Source: Macrostomum lignano (lineage: Eukaryota). Taken from it: a stretch of DNA of 64,000 nt. Positions 58,871 through 64,000 of this stretch are shown here, piece by piece. How positions within the stretch are numbered: position 1 is the stretch's first letter; each line of letters starts with the position of its first letter. The notes below the pieces were generated by a model. The model saw only the letters and a program-made list of their open reading frames with translations. It did not search any database and was not told where the DNA came from. Both the position numbers and the translations under genes were made by a program. Location of the stretch: NCBI GenBank assembly GCA_002269645.1, contig NIVC01003893.1, positions 7,152 through 71,151 of the forward strand, given 5' to 3'.

Positions 58871-59773
58871 CGCAGAGATGCTGACCATAACCCACGAATC
58901 TTGACGATCAGATTCTGAGCTTTCATTTGTATTTCGATCCAAGGCTCTTACGGTCTTATTCCGACAAACGTTGCTGAAGTGATTTTGCTTTCCGCAAGAT
59001 TTGCACGTCTTGCCATATGTAGGGCATGAACCTTTCTTGTGTTTCTTACCACAGAATGAGCAACCCTCCGACTTTCCTACCATCGGCTTTCCATTGGACC
59101 CAAACCTTTTGTTCGGACGTCTCTCCTTGTACTTGAGATCTGGTCTGCCTGTTGAGCGAGGCTTCACAACAGAATTGACTTCTCTCTGGATGTATTTCGA
59201 AATCTCTCCGGAGGTGTTTCCCGTCATGATCCGCACTTGGGTCTTTGATGATTCACTTGCACGGCAGATAGATATAGCCTTATCTAGCGTCAACTCCTGC
59301 TCACGTAGAAGCCGTTCTCGCAACTCTGTGTCTCTGATTCCGAGGACAATCTGATCTCTGATTATTGATTCGTTCACCGTCAATTCGTAGGCTGGCTTCT
59401 CGAATGAGCATGTCTTGATAAGTTGTTTCAGGCCGCTGACGAATGAGTCAATGCTCTCATGCTCGTTCTGCCTGCGTTGCCGAAATTTGTAGCGCTCGAA
59501 AGTTTCGTTCGCACTCGGCTTGCAATATTCTTCGAACAGTTTCGTCACTTTCGACAGCTCTTCGTCTCCTTCCGATTTCTCGAAAGTTGAATAAATCTCA
59601 CGACCTTCTTCTCCGATGGCTGTTAGCAGTGTCGCTATTTGCACTTTAGCCGGTGATTCGTCACGCTTGGTTGCAGTCATATAGAGCTCGAACGCAGAAA
59701 TCCATTTACTCCAGTTTTCCGCCTTGTGCTCATCAAAGCAGAATGGCTTTGGGGGTTTGAGCCCGCCATCCAT
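58844..59773 (-). CDS. Gypsy gag with double CCHC knuckle
   Basis: MDGGLKPPKPF...ERYKFRQRRQ...IRDQIVLG...CSFCGKKH..GSCPTYGKTCKSCGKQNHFSNVC. Confidence 0.9.
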   Translation of the reverse strand: MDGGLKPPKPFCFDEHKAENWSKWISAFELYMTATKRDESPAKVQIATLLTAIGEEGREIYSTFEKSEGDEELSKVTKLFEEYCKPSANETFERYKFRQRRQNEHESIDSFVSGLKQLIKTCSFEKPAYELTVNESIIRDQIVLGIRDTELRERLLREQELTLDKAISICRASESSKTQVRIMTGNTSGEISKYIQREVNSVVKPRSTGRPDLKYKERRPNKRFGSNGKPMVGKSEGCSFCGKKHKKGSCPTYGKTCKSCGKQNHFSNVCRNKTVRALDRNTNESSESDRQDSWVMVSISATGWQRQRQ

Positions 59774-59840
59774 TTGAATCCAGATCCAGTTGAGCACAGT
59801 ACTGCGTTTGACAATTCAAATCCAGAGCTCTTCACAAGTG

Positions 59841-59854
59841 CACCTCTGACACCA
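59841..59854 (-). promoter_or_regulatory. Primer-binding site of the Gypsy element
   Basis: TGGTGTCAGAGGTG, about 70 nt upstream of the gag ATG; the TGG start is typical of a tRNA-3'-end-complementary PBS. Confidence 0.7.
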
Positions 59855-59914
59855 TGTTGGCATTCAGATGCTGAGGGTCTAGGCAAAGACGTATAGTCTT
59901 GTCTTTCATCTGTT

Positions 59915-62185
59915 CTGCAACAATTTTATTGACGACTTCATTGTTTGGGGCAAGACTGTTGAAGAACACGATGAAGCTGTGAAGCAGCTTATGGAAATGT
60001 GCCGTGCGAAGAATTTGCGCCTGAATTATAAAAAGCGGAAAGTCGGATTGAAGGAGTTGAAATTCCTCGGCAACATACTTTCGCACACCGGAATTAAAGT
60101 CGACCCAGACAAAGTAAAAGCAATGCGCGATATGCCCCGACCAGATACTCTATCCGGTAATGAGAGAAAGCAGCAACTTATGCGATTTCTAGGATGTGCA
60201 AATTTTTTGTCCAAATTCATTTCGGATCTGTCATCTAAGGCAGCACCGCTACGCACATTGCTGACGAAGAATGCTCAGTGGAACTGGACAAATGAACACG
60301 AAAAAGCGTACGAATCAATTTTGCAGAGTCTTTGCGACGCACCAGTCTTAGCTCGCTATAACCCGAACGCACCACTTACTCTGTCAGTCGATGCTAGTCA
60401 ACACGGTCTCGGAGCAACTATCCTGCAAGATGGACACCCGCTGGAATACGCTTCGTCATCACTGACGCCATCCCAACGGAAGTATGCTCAGATCGAAAAG
60501 GAACTTTTGGCTATTGTGTTTGGCTGCAAGCGATTCCACCAGTACGTCTGGGGACACAAGGTAACGGTCGAGAGCGACCACAAGCCGCTAGAGAACATCT
60601 TCCGGAAGCCAATTTCAACTCTTACAGCAAGATTGCAGAGACTGATGCTACTAGTTCAGAAGTACGACCTGCACATTATATACATTCCCGGTAAAGACTT
60701 GCACATTCCAGACACTCTAAGCCGCGCTTTCTTAAAGAACGTACATGCCTCTAAACAACTCGAAGATGACATCGAAGGTCACGTGCTCGGTGTTAGAATG
60801 TCGGTTGGATTCCCAGAACTGATGCAGAAACTGGAAAATGAAACGGCAAAGGACTCAACACTGCAACAACTCGCTGAGATCATCGGTGTTGGTTGGCCTC
60901 ACCACAGAAGCCAGCTCGTGACTGAGCTTCGTTGTTTCTGGAACGTCAGACATGATCTGACTGCGCATGGCAATCTGATCTGGATGAAGAACCGAATAGT
61001 CGTTCCAAACTCAATGAGAATGGAAGTGCTACAGAAGCTGCATACTGGACACCCTGGAATTGTGAAGGCAAGCTTAAAGGCGTCAGAGAGCGTCTACTGG
61101 CCTGGAATTAGATGTGATATTCAAGAAATGACTTCAGCGTGCATTGCCTGCCAGGAAAGCCAAAGAAAGCCACAGAAGGAACCGATGGTGGCTCAGTGCC
61201 TACCGGACTACCCATTTCAGGAATGTGGCACGGATATTTTCCATATTGACGGGAAGAATTTCCTGATATATGTTGATAAATACAGTCGGATGATCGAATA
61301 CGCTAGGATCAACAATACTTCAGCTGCCTCTGTGATTCCCCAACTAAAGAAGTATTTCCAGACCTATGGAGTTTGCGAGATTTTAAGATCTGACAATGGA
61401 CCTCCATTCTCGGGAAGAGAATTTGGTCGTTTCGCGAAAGAGTACGGCTTCAAGCATGCTACATCATCGCCGAAGTACAGCCAGTCCAACGGATTAGCGG
61501 AAAGAGGCGTTCAAACGATCAAGAATATTTTAAAGAAGGTTCTGAAGAGCAATGAAGGCGAGCACATGGCACTGCTGCATTACAAGAACACTCCTATCGA
61601 GCATGGAATGCCATCACCCGCTGAGCTAGTCTTTGGACACAAACTGCGCTATGATTTGCCGATCCCAAAGCAGATCTAATTCCTAGACAGGTCATGTCCA
61701 GGAAAGTACTGCAGAAGCTAAAGGACCAGCAGAACAAGGCCGAAGAATATTACAACCGTGGATCTAAGGAGAGGAGAGAATTTGGTTGTGGAGAAAAGGT
61801 TTGGATGCAAGAATCAACACGACGATGGCAGCCAGCAGAAGTGCACATGAGAGTGAATGACCGTTCTTATATAGTTCGCGATGAACAAGGAAAGCTACTA
61901 CGTCGGAACAAATCGTTTTTGACTCAACGGACTGGAGCAGCAGAAGAAATCGCTGTTCCACAAAGAGAAACCCTTGAAGATGCATTCGGAAAGGAAACTA
62001 CCGCACCACTGAAAGCTTCTCAAAGTCAACCGGATAAGCACGAAGCAGTGGAGGAAAATATAGACAGCAAACAATCAGCACAAGCACCTAATGCACAACA
62101 ATGTCAGTCACCTAGGACGACAAATGGCTATACAACACGGAGTGGACGTGTGGTGAAGCCAGTCGTGCGATTTCAGGCACATTGA
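59915..62185 (+). CDS. Gypsy pol C-part: RT (FIDD) - RNase H - integrase, one frameshift at about 61677
   Basis: CNNFIDDFIVWG, VDASQHGLGA, QIEKELLAIVFG, HTGHPGI..CIAC, LRSDNGPPF, QSNGLAER. The second frame resumes LIPRQVMSRKV. Confidence 0.9.
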
Positions 62186-62272
62186 CTAATGAAAAGGTGT
62201 CAGTGTAGAACAGAACTTCCGGAAAGAGGATTTATTTTACTTACACATAGGAATCCCTCTGAAGAAGGGAGA

Positions 62273-62433
62273 TGTTATGTTATGATAGACTCATAGACTC
62301 ATTCTCTGTGTGTTTGATTTATGTCTATGGACACGACTAATAAACGAGTGTTAAAGAGCACTTATAACTACACAGCTGCTCTAGATCCATACAAGCATCT
62401 GGAAACATAAGACTTCTGTGTCGCAACACAACA
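62273..62433 (+). repeat. 3' LTR (161 bp)
   Basis: Preceded by the PPT GAAGAAGGGAGA (62261-62272); TGTTATG...CACAACA; contains AATAAA. Confidence 0.85.
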
Positions 62434-62700
62434 CCTATCAAGAGAGAGGGGCGCCTATCAAAAGGCAGGGGCGCCCACCAAGAGACAGGGGCGCCCACCA
62501 AGAGACAGGTGCTCCAACAAGAGACGGGTGCTCCAACCAAGAGACAGGTGCTCCAACCAAGAGGCAGGTGCTCCAACCAAGAGGCAGGGGCGCCCACCAA
62601 GAGACAGGGACGCCCACCAAGAGGCAGGGGCGCCCACCAAGAGACAGGGACGCCCACCAAGAGACGGGGCGCCAAGCAAGAGACAGGCGCGCTAAGCGAA
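62434..62700. repeat. About 20-bp GGCGCC-core minisatellite, continued at 57893-57942 on the other side of the Gypsy element
   Basis: Unit GGGGCGCCCACCAAGAGACA. Confidence 0.9.
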
Positions 62701-62946
62701 GCAATGATTTGTTGGCTGCGTCCCGCTTCTCTTATGCGTCGTATCGATTTGGCTCTACCAAGGACAGTAAGCTCGGGTGGTTCAGCTGTCGGAATCCGAT
62801 CTCTTCCAGCTTGGCTTGCGTATGAACAGCGTCACGTGAATTTCCTATGTGCCCGCGCAATTGGAAACTGATATTCAACAACCCCACTTGAGCCTTTAAC
62901 ATATCTAAGTAACTTTGAGCCTTCACACCTTACCCTCGTATATCAG

Positions 62947-63691
62947 AGCATCACTTAAGCACAACGCACACAGCTCAAAGCCATATCCCAAATCCCCGTC
63001 CAGCAGGGTGCAGCCAAATCCCAGCTACGGCCAGCCGCCGCCGTCGCTACCGCCGCCGTCATTTTACCAGCTCGGCGGCGTTGGCGGCAGCGTCGCAAGC
63101 GGAGCGGGCCTCCTGCGCTCGGAGTCGCCAGCCTCCATGCCTCAATTCTCGCCTGCGCAGACGCCGCCTCAGCCGATGCAGACGCCGAGAAATTTCGGCG
63201 GCGATGGACCCGGTGGCTTGCGGGTCGACAGTCGATGTTTGGCGGCGCTGCCTCGCCAGCAATGAAGGCCCATCCAATGATCAGCGATGTACACCGGGTG
63301 GAGCCGCCCAGTCTGGAGTACCAAGCCCGCATTGCTGAAATGAATTCGGCCCTGGCGAAGGCCTACGCCGAACAGATCAAGCCGTGCCTCGACCAGATCT
63401 CCAAGCTTCGCGGCCTGGGCTTCGCCAAGGAGCTGAAATTGCCATCAATTGGTGATTGGCGACCAATCGTTCGGGCAAGAGCTCCGTGCTGGAGACATCA
63501 GCGGAGTCAGCTTCCCGCGCGGCAATGGCGTGGTGACATTGTGCCCGCTGCAGCTCAGCATGCGTTCCAGCGATAAGAAATGGCGTGGCACAGTTCGATA
63601 CTTTGACGCGCAGGCAAGGAGGTGCACTGGGACATCGACTCGCCTGACGATGTGGAGAATGCTATCCAGAATGCCCAGATGCGTATTACTG
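62947..63691 (+). pseudogene. Mx-like dynamin-family GTPase, N-terminal exon with several single-base frameshifts (pseudogene or sequence errors)
   Basis: Across frames: YAEQIKPCLDQISKLRGLG..ELKLPSI / VIGDQS / GKSSVLE / ISGVSFPRGNGVVTLCPLQL, matching Mx YEEKVRPCIDLIDSLR...[38 protein letters not shown]. Donor G|GTCAGT at 63692. Confidence 0.75.
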
Positions 63692-63805
63692 GTCAGTAGT
63701 ATATCTGACTCGCCTGTTAATTTAGTGTACGAGAATTCGTTTTGCACCATTTGGTATGGAATATGAGAGGGAGGATAATGTATATGGCACCCCCTTACAG
63801 TAGCT

Positions 63806-64000
63806 CTGGCGCCCCTGGTGCTAAAGCCTCTGGTGCTAAAGCCCCTGGTGCTAAAGCCCCTGGTGCTAAAGTCCTTGGTGCTAAAGCTCCTGGCTGCTAA
63901 AGCCTACTGGTGCTTAAAGTCCCTAGTGCTAAAGCCCTGGTGCTGGCGCCCTGGTGCTAAAGCCCTGGTGCTAAAGCCACTTGCGTGCTAAAGCCACTGT
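63806..64000. repeat. 15-bp minisatellite (GCCCCTGGTGCTAAA)n, same family as 2485-2646
   Basis: Starts CTGGCGCCCCTGGTGCTAAAG like the left-edge array; units increasingly carry indels. Confidence 0.9.

Larger units (their letters stand above)
57943..62433. mobile_element. Ty3/Gypsy (Mag-like) LTR retrotransposon with internally inverted 5' half and a single LTR
   Basis: TG...CA ends with 5-bp TSD CCTAT (57938-57942 / 62434-62438). PBS-gag-PR-RT(N) on the minus strand; RT(C)-RH-INT-PPT-LTR on the plus strand. Confidence 0.9.

Noticed and set aside
58844-58926. Programmed gag-pol ribosomal frameshift
   Set aside because: No slippery heptamer is seen. Removing one G in ACCGGGTGGC gives a continuous ...SISATGGNDKDSR...DTG frame, so a point indel or sequence error is more likely; the same applies at about 61677.

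Overview
Repeat-rich eukaryotic (animal) genomic DNA with GC-rich exons, GT-AG introns packed with mini- and microsatellites, and several transposons. The style suggests a flatworm such as Macrostomum, but this is inference. Genes recognised: (1) at the left edge, a minus-strand ankyrin-repeat protein whose apparent stop is really a splice donor. It splices into an exon missed by the ORF track that carries a Mab-21/cGAS-like nucleotidyltransferase signature (VGSYADG...GSDIDL), making it a candidate ankyrin-cGLR immune receptor. (2) A complete 9-exon ACAD10 (HAD + APH/kinase + acyl-CoA dehydrogenase, 1061 aa) with a presequence-like N-terminus and a C-terminal SKL. (3) An intronless ankyrin/SOCS-box gene nested antisense in ACAD10 intron 8. 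(4) FAM162-like, NDUFAF1 (with a GC-AG intron) and LSM12-like genes. (5) A frameshifted Mx-like dynamin GTPase at the right edge. Mobile elements: a 5'-truncated RT-RNase H LINE with a 14-bp TSD, a tRNA/CORE-like SINE, two MITE families with 8-bp TSDs, and a Gypsy element whose 5' half is inverted inside an intact 5-bp TSD. There is also a near-perfect 1.8-kb tandem duplication.
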